Part shown: positions 9,916 through 20,600 of the stretch, piece after piece | Numbering within the stretch: the first letter of the stretch is position 1 | Layout of the letters: the number at the start of each line of letters is the position of its first letter | Assembly (NCBI GenBank): GCA_045652745.1 | Contig: JAZRUW010000027.1 | Coordinates: forward strand, 353 to 64,352 | Source: Clostridia bacterium | Lineage (GTDB): Bacteria; Bacillota; Clostridia; UBA1381; UMGS1253 | Direction of reading: 5' to 3' | DNA: 64,000 nt | Position numbers and translations under genes: made by a program | Notes under the pieces: model-generated | The model's database searches: none | Seen by the model: the letters and a program-made list of their open reading frames with translations, nothing else | What the model was told of the DNA's origin: nothing

Positions 9916-12015
9916 ATGGGAAAGAAACTGATTATCGTAGAGTCCCCGTCCAAGGCGGACACCATTAAAAAATACCTCGGCTCCACGTACAGCGTGGAGG
10001 CATCGGTCGGTCATATCATTGATTTGCCGAAGAGCCAGATGGGTATTGATATTGCAGACGATTTTGAACCGCATTATATCACAATTCGCGGTAAGGGAGA
10101 GATTTTGGGCAAACTGCGTAAACTCGCAAAGGAAGCAGACCAGGTTCTGCTTGCAACCGACCCTGACCGCGAGGGTGAAGCCATCAGCTGGCATCTTGCA
10201 AATGCGCTCGGTTTGCCGGCGACGGATAAAAACCGTGTGACCTTTAATGAAATCACGAAGGATGCGGTAAAAAAGGCCGTGAAGGAGCCGCGTGCTATTG
10301 ATCAGAGTTTGGTAGATGCACAGCAGGCAAGACGAGCACTTGACAGAATTGTGGGTTATCAGCTAAGTCCGATTTTGTGGAAAAAGGTAAAGAAAGGTCT
10401 TTCCGCAGGCCGCGTACAGAGTGTGGCAACCCGTTTGATTTGTGACCGTGAGGCGGAAATTGATGCATTCATTCCTCGTGAATATTGGTCAATTTCGGCA
10501 TTTTTGCTGCCGGACGGCAGCAAAAAGAAGTTTAAGGCTGCGTATTATGGTACGAACGGCAAAAAAGTTGAGGTGGCGGACGAAGCATCTGCAATGCAGA
10601 TTGTGCAGGATGTTACGGGCGGCAAATTTACTGTGGAAGAAGTGAAGAAGGCGGTTGCGCAAAAGAGTCCTGCACCGCCGTTTACAACCTCGACTTTGCA
10701 ACAGGAGGCTTCCAGAAAAATCAATTTCCAGGCTAGAAAAACCATGTCCACGGCACAATCGCTCTACGAGGGCGTCAATGTAACCGGTATGGGCAAGGTC
10801 GGCTTGATTACCTATATGCGTACCGACTCTGTTCGTATTGCGATTGAAGCGCAGACGGCGGCGAAGGCGTTGATTGGCGAAAAGTATGGTGAAAACTACG
10901 CGCCGAAGTCGTTTCGCGTGTATAAGACGCGTAAAAATTCTCAGGATGCGCATGAAGCCATCCGCCCGACCAATGTGTATTTGACACCGGAGGCGGTTAA
11001 AGGGTCTTTAAATAATGACCAGTATAAGCTCTACAAGTTGATTTGGGAGCGTTTTGTTGCCAGCCAAATGGAAAATGCCAAGGTGGAAAACACCACTGCT
11101 GAGATTACATGCGGCAAGCATAATTTCCGTGCAAGCGGTACGACGGTGCTCTTTGACGGTTTTATGAAGGTGTATACCGAAGGCAGCGATACCGAAAGCG
11201 AAAAGCAGACGGCACTTCCGAACTTAAATAGGGGCGATGTGCTTAAGGCAGACAGCATTGAACCGGAGCAGCACTTTACTGCGCCGCCGATGCGTTATAC
11301 CGAAGCAACGCTCGTTAAAGCGCTCGAAGAAGAGGGTATCGGCAGACCGTCTACCTATGCGCCGACCATTACCACGATTTTGGCGCGCGGTTATGTAACG
11401 CGCGAGAAAAAGTCGCTTGTGCCGACCGAACTCGGCAAGGTAACGACCAAACTCTTGAAAGAGAACTTTGAAAATATTGTAGACGTGGAATTTACGGCAA
11501 ACATGGAGTCGCGTCTGGACGATGTCGAGAGCGGTGATGTGGCATGGAAGCAGATTCTGCGTGATTTCTATCCGTCTTTTAAAAGTGAGCTTGAACGTGC
11601 GGAAAAAGAACTCGAACACGTCAAGATTGCCGATGAGGTTTCGGATGTTGTGTGCGAAAAATGCGGACGCATGATGGTATACAAAATCGGCAGAAGCGGT
11701 AAGTTTTTGGCATGCCCGGGCTTTCCGGAATGCAGAAACACCAAATCCATTCGCGTAGAGGCCGGTGTGGCTTGTCCGAAATGCGGTAAGGCGCTGCTCA
11801 CAAAGCGTACCCGTACGGGCAAAACGTACTACGGCTGTGAAGACAATCAGAATTGTGATTTTATGACTTGGGATGCACCGCTTAAGAGCCGCACCTGTCC
11901 GAAATGCGGCAAGGCGCTGTTTACCAACATATCGCGCGCAGGTCGCAAGACCGTATGTTTAAATCCGGCCTGTGATTTTGAAGAAAGCGGAAAAAAAGGC
12001 GGTAGCAAAAAGTGA
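9916..12015 (+). CDS. topA: DNA topoisomerase I
   Basis: The protein has a Toprim N-terminus ([19 protein letters not shown]), the motif [12 protein letters not shown], the active-site region YMRTDS and C-terminal Cys4 zinc ribbons. Confidence 0.95.
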   Translation: MGKKLIIVESPSKADTIKKYLGSTYSVEASVGHIIDLPKSQMGIDIADDFEPHYITIRGKGEILGKLRKLAKEADQVLLATDPDREGEAISWHLANALGLPATDKNRVTFNEITKDAVKKAVKEPRAIDQSLVDAQQARRALDRIVGYQLSPILWKKVKKGLSAGRVQSVATRLICDREAEIDAFIPREYWSISAFLLPDGSKKKFKAAYYGTNGKKVEVADEASAMQIVQDVTGGKFTVEEVKKAVAQKSPAPPFTTSTLQQEASRKINFQARKTMSTAQSLYEGVNVTGMGKVGLITYMRTDSVRIAIEAQTAAKALIGEKYGENYAPKSFRVYKTRKNSQDAHEAIRPTNVYLTPEAVKGSLNNDQYKLYKLIWERFVASQMENAKVENTTAEITCGKHNFRASGTTVLFDGFMKVYTEGSDTESEKQTALPNLNRGDVLKADSIEPEQHFTAPPMRYTEATLVKALEEEGIGRPSTYAPTITTILARGYVTREKKSLVPTELGKVTTKLLKENFENIVDVEFTANMESRLDDVESGDVAWKQILRDFYPSFKSELERAEKELEHVKIADEVSDVVCEKCGRMMVYKIGRSGKFLACPGFPECRNTKSIRVEAGVACPKCGKALLTKRTRTGKTYYGCEDNQNCDFMTWDAPLKSRTCPKCGKALFTNISRAGRKTVCLNPACDFEESGKKGGSKK

Positions 12016-13322
12016 AAGTAAAGGTAATCGGAGCAGGGCTGGCCGGCTGTGAAGCCGCCTGGCAGCTTGCCGAGCGCGGCTTTGAAGTCACGCTGTATGA
12101 AATGAAACCCGAAAAGCGCTCGGAGGCGCATCATTATGACCATTTTGCAGAGTTGGTATGCTCAAATTCTCTGCGCTCCAATCAGCTTGCCAATGCGGTC
12201 GGTCTTTTAAAAGAGGAAATGCGCAGATTAAACTCTGTGATTATGCGCTGTGCGGATGTAACGGCGGTGCCGGCAGGCGGTGCGCTTGCGGTGGACCGTA
12301 TCGGATTTGGTGAAATGGTGACCAAATGTATCCGCGAACATAAAAATATTACGGTTGTGCATGAAGAAGTGACGAATATAGATTGCAATATACCGACGGT
12401 GGTGGCCGCAGGACCGCTCGCTTCCGCGGCGCTCAGTGAAGAAATCGCACGCATGACGGGCAAGGATTATTTGCACTTTTTTGATGCGGCGGCACCGATG
12501 GTGACCAAGGAAAGTTTAGATATGTCCAAGGCGTTTTATGCGGCACGTTATGACCGCGGCACGGCGGATTATATCAACTGCCCGATGACGAAAGAGGAAT
12601 ATGAAGCCTTTTACGAGGCGCTCATCGGTGCGGAAACGGTGCAGCTTAAAAGTTTTGAAACGCTTAAGGTGTTTGAAGGCTGTATGCCGGTGGAAGTGAT
12701 GGCATCGCGCGGGCATGATACCCTTTTGTTCGGGCCGCTCAAGCCGGTCGGCATCACGAATCCAAAAACGGGCAAAGACGATTTTCACGCGGTGATTCAG
12801 CTTCGGCAGGACAATGCGACAGGGTCGCTCTACAACATTGTAGGCTTTCAGACGCATTTGACCTTCGGCGAGCAAAAGCGTGTGTTTTCTATGATTCCGG
12901 GACTTGAAAATGCGGAGTTTGTGCGCTATGGTGTGATGCACAGAAACACATTTTTAAATTCTCCGAAGCTTTTAAATAATGCTTATCAGATGCGCGAAAA
13001 TGAAAATATCTTCTTTGCCGGACAGATTACCGGCGTAGAAGGGTATGTGGAGTCGGCGGCGAGCGGACTTCTGGCCGGTATCAATATGGCGCGCTATTTA
13101 GAGAAAAAGCCGTTTGTGGATTTTACGCGCTATACGGCCATCGGTGCACTTGCAAATTACGTTTCCGACGAAAGCGTGGAAAAATTCCAGCCGATGAATG
13201 TAAACTTCGGCATTATGGAAAACTTAGGCGAACGCATCAGGAATAAGAGAGAGCGCTATGAGCGCATTTCGGCACGTGCGCTTGAAAAACTCGATGAAAT
13301 TATAGCAGGTTCTTTGACATAA
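12012..13322 (+). CDS. trmFO: Methylenetetrahydrofolate-tRNA-(uracil-5)-methyltransferase TrmFO
   Basis: The N-terminus [19 protein letters not shown] is FAD-binding. The protein also contains LVCSNSLRS and [18 protein letters not shown]. The GTG start overlaps the topA stop. Confidence 0.9.
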   Translation: MKVKVIGAGLAGCEAAWQLAERGFEVTLYEMKPEKRSEAHHYDHFAELVCSNSLRSNQLANAVGLLKEEMRRLNSVIMRCADVTAVPAGGALAVDRIGFGEMVTKCIREHKNITVVHEEVTNIDCNIPTVVAAGPLASAALSEEIARMTGKDYLHFFDAAAPMVTKESLDMSKAFYAARYDRGTADYINCPMTKEEYEAFYEALIGAETVQLKSFETLKVFEGCMPVEVMASRGHDTLLFGPLKPVGITNPKTGKDDFHAVIQLRQDNATGSLYNIVGFQTHLTFGEQKRVFSMIPGLENAEFVRYGVMHRNTFLNSPKLLNNAYQMRENENIFFAGQITGVEGYVESAASGLLAGINMARYLEKKPFVDFTRYTAIGALANYVSDESVEKFQPMNVNFGIMENLGERIRNKRERYERISARALEKLDEIIAGSLT

Positions 13323-13342
13323 AGATATACTGAGGTGATACG

Positions 13343-14395
13343 ATGAAAAAACAGATTTGCGTACTCTTCGGCGGTGCTTCGACGGAAAATGTTGTTTCCT
13401 GTCGTTCCGCATATACAATTCTTACAAATATTAACCGTGAGATATACGATGTTCTTTGCGTCGGCATTACGATGGAGGGGCAGTGGTATCTCTACGAGGG
13501 CGCATATGAGGCTATCCGCGATAATTTGTGGGTTGGTCCGCAAAACAAGCGCGTAGTGCTGTCGGCTTCGCAGAAGTGTCTGTACGTTTTGAGTGATGGT
13601 ACTTATGAAACCTTGCCGGTAGATGCGGTATTTCCGGTGCTCCACGGCAAAAACGGCGAGGACGGTACCGTGCAGGGACTTTTTGAACTTGCGAATCTGC
13701 CGTATGTCGGTTGCGGCGTGCTCTCGAGTGCCGTTTCGATGGATAAGGTATATACAAAACTTTTGGTCGACGGCTTGGGCATTGCGCAAGCGCCGTATGT
13801 GTACGTACAAAGTGCGCAGGAAGTGGAAGACTTTAAAGACAGAATTTTGGCACTCAAATTTCCGGTGTATGTCAAGGCAAGCCGTTCCGGTTCTTCCAAG
13901 GGTGTATATAAGGTGGACAGTTATGCGCGCCTGAAAGCGGCGGTTGCCGAGGCACTGCATTACGACAGTAAGGTGCTCATTGAAGAGGGCATTGTCGGCA
14001 GAGAAATCGAATGCGCCGTTTTGCAAAGCGGCGACGAATATATCGCGTCCTATCCGGGCGAAATTCTGGCAGACGATACGTTTTACAGTTTTGATGCAAA
14101 ATACAACAATCCGCAATCGCGCACCGAGGTAGAGCCGCAGTTGCCCGAAGGTGTAGCGGAGGAAATCCGTACGGCGGCGGTGGAAATTTTCAAGAGATTG
14201 GATTGCCGCAGTTTGTCGCGCGTGGACTTTTTTGTGGAAAAGGACACAAATCGCGTGATTTTCAATGAAATCAATACGCTTCCGGGATTTACATCCATTA
14301 GTATGTATCCGATGATGATGCAAAAAGCGGGAATCGAATTGCCGGAGCTGGTAAATCGACTGATTTCGGATGCAATTGCAGGCATCAAACGATAA
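13343..14395 (+). CDS. ddl: D-alanine--D-alanine ligase family protein
   Basis: The protein contains VLFGGASTE, VLHGKNGEDGTVQGLFEL, an ATP-grasp core and EINTLPGFT. Confidence 0.85.
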   Translation: MKKQICVLFGGASTENVVSCRSAYTILTNINREIYDVLCVGITMEGQWYLYEGAYEAIRDNLWVGPQNKRVVLSASQKCLYVLSDGTYETLPVDAVFPVLHGKNGEDGTVQGLFELANLPYVGCGVLSSAVSMDKVYTKLLVDGLGIAQAPYVYVQSAQEVEDFKDRILALKFPVYVKASRSGSSKGVYKVDSYARLKAAVAEALHYDSKVLIEEGIVGREIECAVLQSGDEYIASYPGEILADDTFYSFDAKYNNPQSRTEVEPQLPEGVAEEIRTAAVEIFKRLDCRSLSRVDFFVEKDTNRVIFNEINTLPGFTSISMYPMMMQKAGIELPELVNRLISDAIAGIKR

Positions 14396-14400
14396 AATAT

Positions 14401-14423
14401 AAGGCGACCTTGCAGGTCGCTTT
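14401..14423 (+). terminator. Hairpin after ddl
   Basis: The sequence is ggcgacc-ttgca-ggtcgc followed by ttt. Confidence 0.45.
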
Positions 14424-14451
14424 ATGTGCTTTATGTAATGAGAGGATACCG

Positions 14452-15138
14452 ATGCACGAGCTTACAATTCAACCAATTGCATATATTCGCACGGCGTTTA
14501 AAGAAAAGTTTGGCCTGCCCAGACAGAGCGGCCTTGTGCCCGAACTTATTGGAGAAATCGTTTTTAAAAAATCATATCGCAATGCGGACGCTTTGCGCGG
14601 TCTGGACGGTTTTTCGCATTTATGGCTCGTGTGGGGGTTTAGCGAAGCTTTCGGTGCGCCATGGTCAGCAACGGTGCGGCCGCCGAGATTGGGTGGCAAC
14701 AAACGTATGGGCGTATTCGCAACGCGTTCGCCGTTTCGTCCCAACCCGCTCGGCCTTTCGTGCGTGAAAATTGAAAGGATAGATTTTAAAGGAGAAAACG
14801 GTCCGACCATTACGGTATCGGGTGTGGATTTGATGGATGGCACGCCGATTTACGACATCAAGCCGTATCTGCCGTATGCTGACAGTTATCCCGAGGCGAG
14901 TGCAGGCTTCGGTGGCACGGTTTTGGATTATGCACTTGAGGTGGAATTTCCGTCCGAACTTTTAGATAGGGTGGATGTGCAGCTACGCGATGCGCTTTTG
15001 GCGGTTTTGCGCCAGGACCCGCGACCGGCATACCAGAGTGATGCCGAGCGTGTATACGGTTTTGTGTTTGACCGATACGAAATTAAATTTACGGTGGAGA
15101 ATGCGCTTTTGCGCGTATGCGAGGTTGCGTGCTTATGA
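14452..15138 (+). CDS. tsaA: tRNA (t6A37) methyltransferase TrmO / TsaA
   Basis: The protein contains IAYIRTAFKEKFGLPRQSGLV...LDGFSHLWLVWGF...ATRSPFRPNPLGLS. The start ATG at 14452 follows gagagga. Confidence 0.8.
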   Translation: MHELTIQPIAYIRTAFKEKFGLPRQSGLVPELIGEIVFKKSYRNADALRGLDGFSHLWLVWGFSEAFGAPWSATVRPPRLGGNKRMGVFATRSPFRPNPLGLSCVKIERIDFKGENGPTITVSGVDLMDGTPIYDIKPYLPYADSYPEASAGFGGTVLDYALEVEFPSELLDRVDVQLRDALLAVLRQDPRPAYQSDAERVYGFVFDRYEIKFTVENALLRVCEVACL

Positions 15139-16202
15139 AACAATATAAAATGTTGCCCGATGCGCTCTTGCCTTGGTATGCAAACAACGCGCGCAAGCTG
15201 CCTTGGCGCGAGGATAATTTACCCTATCATGTATGGGTATCAGAAATTATGCTTCAGCAAACGCGCGTGGAAGCGGTCATCGGCTATTATCATCGGTTTT
15301 TGTCGGCGCTTCCGAATATAGAGGCGCTTGCAAACGCATCCGAAGAACAATTGTTGAAACTTTGGGAAGGACTTGGCTATTATAACCGCGTGCGCAATAT
15401 GCAAAAGGCGGCGCGTGTGATTACAGAAAAATACGGCGGAATATTTCCGCAAACCTATGAAGAAATTTTATCTTTGCCGGGCATTGGTGCCTATACGGCC
15501 GGAGCGATTGCTTCCATTTGTTTTAACTTACCGCGTGCGGCGGTGGACGGCAATGTTTTGCGTGTAGTTTCGCGCATCACCGCTTCGGATAAGCCGATAG
15601 ATACGGACGAAACGAAAAAAGAGATTGCGGAAATGTTGGAGCGCGTATATCCCAAGGATTGCCCGGGAACATTTACGCAGGCACTTATGGAGCTCGGTGC
15701 GTGCGTATGCACGCCGAAATCGCCGTCTTGCGATATTTGCCCTTGCGCGGTCTTTTGCAAAGCGCATAAAAACGGCGAAGAAATCAAATATCCGGTGCGT
15801 TTGCCGAAGCGTGAAAAACGCGTAGAAAAACGCAGCGTGTTTTTGCTCGAATGTGACGGCGAATTTGCTCTGCAAAAGAGGGGCGATAGTGGCCTTCTGT
15901 CCGGACTTTGGCAGTTGCCGAATACGGATAATACTTTTGAAAAGGTTGATGATGCACTTGCATTTGCGAAAAAAATGCGCATTGTGTCCAAGCGTCTTGT
16001 ACGTACGATGGAGCGCGTACATATCTTTACGCACATCCGCTGGGAGATGACGTGCTATCATATAGAGTGCCGTGAAAAATGTCCGGATTTTGTGTGGGCA
16101 AATGCAAAAGAGATTCAAAAAAAGTATGCTTTGCCGACCGCATTTCGTATGTTTTTGGAAGATATGGAGTTCATCGGTGATGAAACCGGAGAAATAGTTT
16201 AG
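15135..16202 (+). CDS. mutY: A/G-specific adenine DNA glycosylase MutY
   Basis: The protein contains LPWR..PYHVWVSEIMLQQTRV, the HhH motif LPGIGAYTAGAI and an FeS cluster loop CTPKSPSCDICPC. The start overlaps the tsaA stop (ATGA). Confidence 0.9.
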   Translation: MKQYKMLPDALLPWYANNARKLPWREDNLPYHVWVSEIMLQQTRVEAVIGYYHRFLSALPNIEALANASEEQLLKLWEGLGYYNRVRNMQKAARVITEKYGGIFPQTYEEILSLPGIGAYTAGAIASICFNLPRAAVDGNVLRVVSRITASDKPIDTDETKKEIAEMLERVYPKDCPGTFTQALMELGACVCTPKSPSCDICPCAVFCKAHKNGEEIKYPVRLPKREKRVEKRSVFLLECDGEFALQKRGDSGLLSGLWQLPNTDNTFEKVDDALAFAKKMRIVSKRLVRTMERVHIFTHIRWEMTCYHIECREKCPDFVWANAKEIQKKYALPTAFRMFLEDMEFIGDETGEIV

Positions 16203-16224
16203 GAGACGAAAAAGGAGGAAAGCA

Positions 16225-17823
16225 GTGATACCCGAATTGATTATTGTCGGCATCATTATTATGTGCTGTGTGTTCTTTAATAAAATTTCACATAAAATCG
16301 GTCTGCCGGTGCTTCTTTTATTTATTTTTATCGGTATGCTTTTTGGTTCGGACGGATTATTGAAAATTCAGTTTGATGACTACAAGTTTGCCGAACAGAT
16401 TTGCTCGATTGCCTTAATTGCGATTATTTTTTACGGTGGTTTCGGCACGAAGTGGAGTGTAGCGAAAAAGGTTGCGCCGCAGTCTATGCTTTTGGCTTCG
16501 GCGGGCGTTATTTTTACGGCACTGTTTACGGGACTGTTTTGCTATTTTGTTTTGCGTTTTGATTTTTGGGAAGGACTTTTGCTCGGTGCGGTTTTAAGTT
16601 CGACGGACGCCGCCTCTGTGTTTTCGGTATTGCGTTCCAAAAAACTGAATTTAAAGCATCATACGGCCTCTGTGTTGGAGTTGGAGAGCGGCAGTAATGA
16701 CCCGTGGGCCTATATGTTGACGGTGCTGATTTTATCTGTGATGCGCGGACAGACAGCCGGGGATGCCTTTGCCTATGCGCTTTTTGCGCAACTCTTTTTC
16801 GGCATTGTTTTCGGTGTGATTATTGCACTTCTTGCTCGGTTTGTGCTTTTATATGTACATTTTGAAACGTCTGGGTTTGATGCGATTTTTGTGACGGGTA
16901 TTGCACTTTTGTCGTATGCATTGCCGTCAGCGCTCGGCGGGAACGGCTACTTGAGCGCCTACATTGTCGGTATTGTGCTTGGCAACACCCGTTTGCTCAA
17001 TAAAAAGTCGCTGGTGCACTTTTTTGACGGCATTACGGTGTTTATGCAGATTTTGGTCTTTTTTCTGTTGGGCCTTTTGGCAACCCCGTCGCAGATTCCA
17101 CAGATTTTATTTCCTGCGGCGGCGATTGCGCTGTTTTTGTCTTTAATTGCAAGACCGGTGGTGGTATTTGTGCTGCTGAAACCGTTTGGTGCCGGGTGGG
17201 GGCAGATGGGGGTCACTGCATGGGCAGGCCTGCGAGGTGCTACCTCTATTGTATTTGCCATTATGGCGCACATTGATACGGCCTATACGAAAAGCGATAT
17301 TTTCCATATTGCGTTTTGCATTGTCCTTTTGTCCATCGGCATACAGGGAACGCTTTTGCCGTGGGTTTCTAAAAAGTTTAAAATGATAGACAACCACGAA
17401 AATGTTATGAAAACATTTAATGACTATTCGGATGAAACGCAGGTACAGTTTATCCGTATCGGTATTACACAAAATAGTGTGTGGGCGCACAAGCGCATCC
17501 GAGAAATTGTGATGCCGCACGGACTTTTGGTGGCACTGGTTTTACGCAAAGGCAAGCGCATAGTGCCATCCGGCAATACAAACATCCTGCCGGGAGACGT
17601 ACTGATTTTAAGCGGTGAGGGTTATTATGATGATAATCACATGGCGCTGAGCGAAATTCACATTCATGCCGAGCACGAATGGTGCGGTATGGCGATTGCC
17701 GACCTCGGTATTACGCCGGAGAGCTTGATTGTGCTGATGAAACGCAAGGGCAGAACGGTCATCCCGAACGGAAAAATGCGTTTGAAAGACGGCGATGTTT
17801 TGGTCGTAACAAATGAGGTGTAG
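16225..17823 (+). CDS. K+/H+ antiporter (CPA1, NhaP2/CvrA type) with C-terminal TrkA-C domain
   Basis: The protein is polytopic (IGLPVLLLFIFIGMLFGSDG..ESGSNDP..) with a soluble C-terminal RCK_C-like domain. The GTG start follows aaaggagga. Confidence 0.8.
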   Translation: MIPELIIVGIIIMCCVFFNKISHKIGLPVLLLFIFIGMLFGSDGLLKIQFDDYKFAEQICSIALIAIIFYGGFGTKWSVAKKVAPQSMLLASAGVIFTALFTGLFCYFVLRFDFWEGLLLGAVLSSTDAASVFSVLRSKKLNLKHHTASVLELESGSNDPWAYMLTVLILSVMRGQTAGDAFAYALFAQLFFGIVFGVIIALLARFVLLYVHFETSGFDAIFVTGIALLSYALPSALGGNGYLSAYIVGIVLGNTRLLNKKSLVHFFDGITVFMQILVFFLLGLLATPSQIPQILFPAAAIALFLSLIARPVVVFVLLKPFGAGWGQMGVTAWAGLRGATSIVFAIMAHIDTAYTKSDIFHIAFCIVLLSIGIQGTLLPWVSKKFKMIDNHENVMKTFNDYSDETQVQFIRIGITQNSVWAHKRIREIVMPHGLLVALVLRKGKRIVPSGNTNILPGDVLILSGEGYYDDNHMALSEIHIHAEHEWCGMAIADLGITPESLIVLMKRKGRTVIPNGKMRLKDGDVLVVTNEV

Positions 17824-17825
17824 GC

Positions 17826-18716
17826 ATGAAAATTTATGCACCGTCCTACTATAAGGATTTTGCCTGCATTGCCGACCGTTGCAAACACAGCTGCTGTATC
17901 GGTTGGGAAATTGATGTAGATGAAGATACATATATGTATTACAAAGAAATCGGCGGCGCGTTTGGCACGCGGCTACTAGGTAATATTGAAAGTGATGCGC
18001 AGAGCGCACATTTTTGTCTGGATAAAGATGAGCGCTGTCCGTTTTTAAATCGGCAGGGATTGTGCGATATTATTACAACCTTGGGTGAAGATGCGCTGTG
18101 CCAGATTTGCGCAGACCATCCGCGGTTTCGCAATTTCTACGCGGACCGCACGGAAATCGGACTCGGCCTTTGTTGCGAAGCGGCGGCAGAATTGATATTG
18201 AATTTTCCGGAAAAGATGACTGTCGAGCTGATAGAAGATGACGGCATAGTAGAGGAAAAGGATGAAGATGAGGCAACCTTTTTTTCCTTTCGTGCGCGGG
18301 TGCTTTCCGTTGTGCAAAACAGAGAGAAAACGTTAGCGGCACGCATGGAAGATTTGTGTGCGTTTTGCGGTTTAAAAGAGGACCAAGTCGATCTTGACAC
18401 CTGGCGGCCGGTTTATTTAAAATTAGAACGACTCGATGACGCGTGGACACAGGTGCTTTCTGCTGCACGGAAAAATGCGTATATGCCGACGGATTTGCAA
18501 CGCGAACAACTCTTATGTTATTTTATCTACCGTCACACGGCGGATGGGATATACGACGGCAGTTTACAGGCGCGTTTGCAATTTTGCCTGCATGCTGCGG
18601 CGTTGATCTGTGCACTTTCCACGGATGCATCATCGTTTTTAGATATCGCGCGTATGTATAGTGCGGAGATTGAGTATTCCGAAGAAAATATAAAAAAACT
18701 GCTATCACAGATGTGA
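17826..18716 (+). CDS. Cys-rich FliB-family protein (putative lysine-N-methylase)
   Basis: The N-terminus YYKDFACIADRCKHSCCIGWEIDVDEDTYMYY matches the CxxxC..CC-GW-I-D pattern of flagellin lysine-N-methylase-like proteins. Confidence 0.55.
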   Translation: MKIYAPSYYKDFACIADRCKHSCCIGWEIDVDEDTYMYYKEIGGAFGTRLLGNIESDAQSAHFCLDKDERCPFLNRQGLCDIITTLGEDALCQICADHPRFRNFYADRTEIGLGLCCEAAAELILNFPEKMTVELIEDDGIVEEKDEDEATFFSFRARVLSVVQNREKTLAARMEDLCAFCGLKEDQVDLDTWRPVYLKLERLDDAWTQVLSAARKNAYMPTDLQREQLLCYFIYRHTADGIYDGSLQARLQFCLHAAALICALSTDASSFLDIARMYSAEIEYSEENIKKLLSQM

Positions 18717-19089
18717 TTGATGTGATAGCAGTTTTTTTATATCCGATACAATATTTTGTGCCCACCTGCCTTTTTTTGAGTAAGAAGAAAATCACAACAC
18801 ATCTTATCGCAATTAAGACCTGCATAATAAAATAGAGCGGTGTTGCGGGCAGGTCGGTAAATCTGGATAAAATGAAGGCGAGCGGAATTTCGATGGTGAA
18901 TAAAAATCCGCTGTCTACAAGCAGCATGGTGATGGACTGACCGCCGCAACGCAGCGTATAATAGCCGGTATGATAAAAGGCGTGGAGCGGCAGCATAACC
19001 GAGCGAATCAAAATAAAGTTTCTTGCCAGCGCACGCACGACGGGTTCGGTGTTGTAAATCACCGGAAAAATGCCGGAGCGTAATCCCAT
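18523..19089 (-). pseudogene. C-terminal remnant of a MATE-family efflux transporter
   Basis: The segment ..FILIRSVMLPLHAFYHTGYYTLRCGGQSITMLLVDSGFLFTIEIPLAFILSRFTDLPATPLYFIMQVLIAIRCVVIFFLLKKRQ resembles only the last 3-4 helices of MATE pumps. No N-terminal 300 aa is present. The frame runs on through the neighbouring terminator and into the FliB-family gene. Confidence 0.5.
18699..18743 (+). terminator. Intrinsic terminator after the FliB-family gene
   Basis: The stem is ctgctatcaca / tgtgatagcag and is followed by ttttttt. Confidence 0.7.
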
Positions 19090-19227
19090 AAAGATGCCTG
19101 CGGCGAGAAGAAAAGAGAACAGGACGAAATAAAGTTTGTGCCGATGAATTTGTGCATATAGGACTCCTTGGTTGTAGAAAATCGTATATAGTCTGGCACA
19201 AAAGGAAGATAGGTGTCAAGAAAGGGA

Positions 19228-19257
19228 TTGACAGACGCGGTTTGTGCCTTTTATAAT
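19228..19257 (+). promoter_or_regulatory. Sigma-A-type promoter for the lipoprotein gene
   Basis: TTGACA (19228-19233), an 18-nt spacer, then TATAAT (19252-19257). Confidence 0.6.
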
Positions 19258-19294
19258 AAAACTACGGAGCAACCGCTTGAAAGGAGACGTGTAT

Positions 19295-19723
19295 ATGAAA
19301 AAAATATTTGCAATCGTATTGAGTTTGATTTTTTGTTTTAGCGGGTGCGCACAATTACATACGCCGGCACTGGATACTGCAGAAACGCCGTATATGGGCG
19401 AGTGGAAAATATATACCCAATCTGAAGATAAAGGCGATAGCATTGGGAATATGAAACTCACACAAACGGGCGTGGAAAACTTTGCCATAGAAGTCACTGA
19501 CTTCACAGGCGGCGTGGATATTACGCAGTATAAGACGGCTTTTAAAGTGACAGACGGGTATGCGGCAAGCGTCGAAACTGTAGAAAACCACGGCGAGCAG
19601 TTGGTGATGCAACTTTTCTTTGCGAAAACTGCAGATGGGCAAGATACGATTATTTTAGACTTTGCCAATGCGGCAAAATCTTCGCAGAAATTGCTTGAAA
19701 GTTTATATTTGTACAGAGATTAA
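19295..19723 (+). CDS. Small lipoprotein, function unknown
   Basis: The signal peptide MKKIFAIVLSLIFCFSGC carries a lipobox. The RBS is aaggag. A terminator follows (aaaaaagcaggggcacctgcttttttt). Confidence 0.7.
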   Translation: MKKIFAIVLSLIFCFSGCAQLHTPALDTAETPYMGEWKIYTQSEDKGDSIGNMKLTQTGVENFAIEVTDFTGGVDITQYKTAFKVTDGYAASVETVENHGEQLVMQLFFAKTADGQDTIILDFANAAKSSQKLLESLYLYRD

Positions 19724-19919
19724 AAAAGCAGGGGCACCTGCTTTTTTTATCTAATTTGGAAGTATCCAGGTTGGAATATAAATGCGCGTCGCAGTAAATT
19801 TAATTCTTTTGGTGTTTTAAAAGATGCAAAGAAATTATGAATTTGCTTTGTTAGGTTATGAAGAACCTCTTTTTGCGGTACAATAGAATGTAGGGATTGT
19901 CGGAAAGGAGATAAATACT

Positions 19920-20249
19920 ATGCAATTGGCTGTTTTTGTACTCAGCAAAACGGAGATGTTGGATGCGTTTTTGACGACACTTGCGCAAAACGGCATCCGC
20001 GGCGCAACGGTGATAGACAGCAAGGGTATGGCGCACGCGCTGCCGAAAGAAAGTTCGTTTGCCGCATCACTTCGGCTAATCTTAACGCCGGGACACGAAG
20101 AGAGTAAGACGGTATTTATGGTTGTGCCTGAGGAAAAACTGTCTGTGGTTTCCAAGGTGGCAAACCAGGTGTGCGGCGATTTAAACGGACCGGAGAGTGG
20201 CGTGCTGTTCTCCGTGCCGGTGTCTTATACGGAGGGTATCAAGCGATGA
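19920..20249 (+). CDS. Hypothetical 109-aa protein, possibly with a P-II-like fold
   Basis: The RBS is aaaggag. The beta-alpha-beta-like start MQLAVFVLSKTEMLDAFLTTLAQNGIRGATVIDSKGM prompted the fold guess. This is pattern resemblance only. Confidence 0.35.
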   Translation: MQLAVFVLSKTEMLDAFLTTLAQNGIRGATVIDSKGMAHALPKESSFAASLRLILTPGHEESKTVFMVVPEEKLSVVSKVANQVCGDLNGPESGVLFSVPVSYTEGIKR

Positions 20250-20251
20250 AA

Positions 20252-20275
20252 AAATCCCCATACGGGGATTTTTTT
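20252..20275. terminator. Bidirectional terminator
   Basis: The hairpin aaatcccc-atac-ggggattt is flanked by A and T runs. It lies between convergent ORFs. Confidence 0.65.
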
Positions 20276-20280
20276 CGTAA

Positions 20281-20457
20281 TTATTTCATTTCGCAAGACA
20301 TGGAGTCAAACATATCGCCGACCCCCTGCATCATGCGATTGGCTGTGCGGCGCATTTTGCGGCGTTGACGCGGTGTAATCGGGTCAAAAATCAGCATGGT
20401 CACACCACCGGCGACCATACCGGCAAGCATGCCTTTTAAAAAGCCCATTTTTTTCAT
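20281..20457 (-). CDS. Small membrane protein (58 aa), below the ORF-track cutoff
   Basis: The protein reads MKKMGFLKGMLAGMVAGGVTMLIFDPITPRQRRKMRRTANRMMQGVGDMFDSMSCEMK. The RBS is gagaggtgag, 5 nt upstream, and a terminator lies downstream. Confidence 0.5.
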   Translation of the reverse strand: MKKMGFLKGMLAGMVAGGVTMLIFDPITPRQRRKMRRTANRMMQGVGDMFDSMSCEMK

Positions 20458-20600
20458 ATTCTCACCTCTCGTTTGTTACGGACACAAAATTAGTATAAGT
20501 TTTCTAAAAGAAAATAAACAGAAAAATTTAGGCAAAGCCTTTAAAATGCTGAAGGTTTGTGATAAAATGGAAAAAACAACAAAAACGGAAGGATTTACAT

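Noticed and set aside
13256-14323. A 355-aa ORF antisense to ddl. Similar long antisense ORFs occur at 15528-16256, 21982-22878, 22521-23414, 34709-35482, 44457-45134 and 61877-62521.
   Set aside because: Each lies entirely opposite a gene with clear family motifs. They have Arg/His/Cys-rich, low-complexity translations typical of shadow frames and no RBS.
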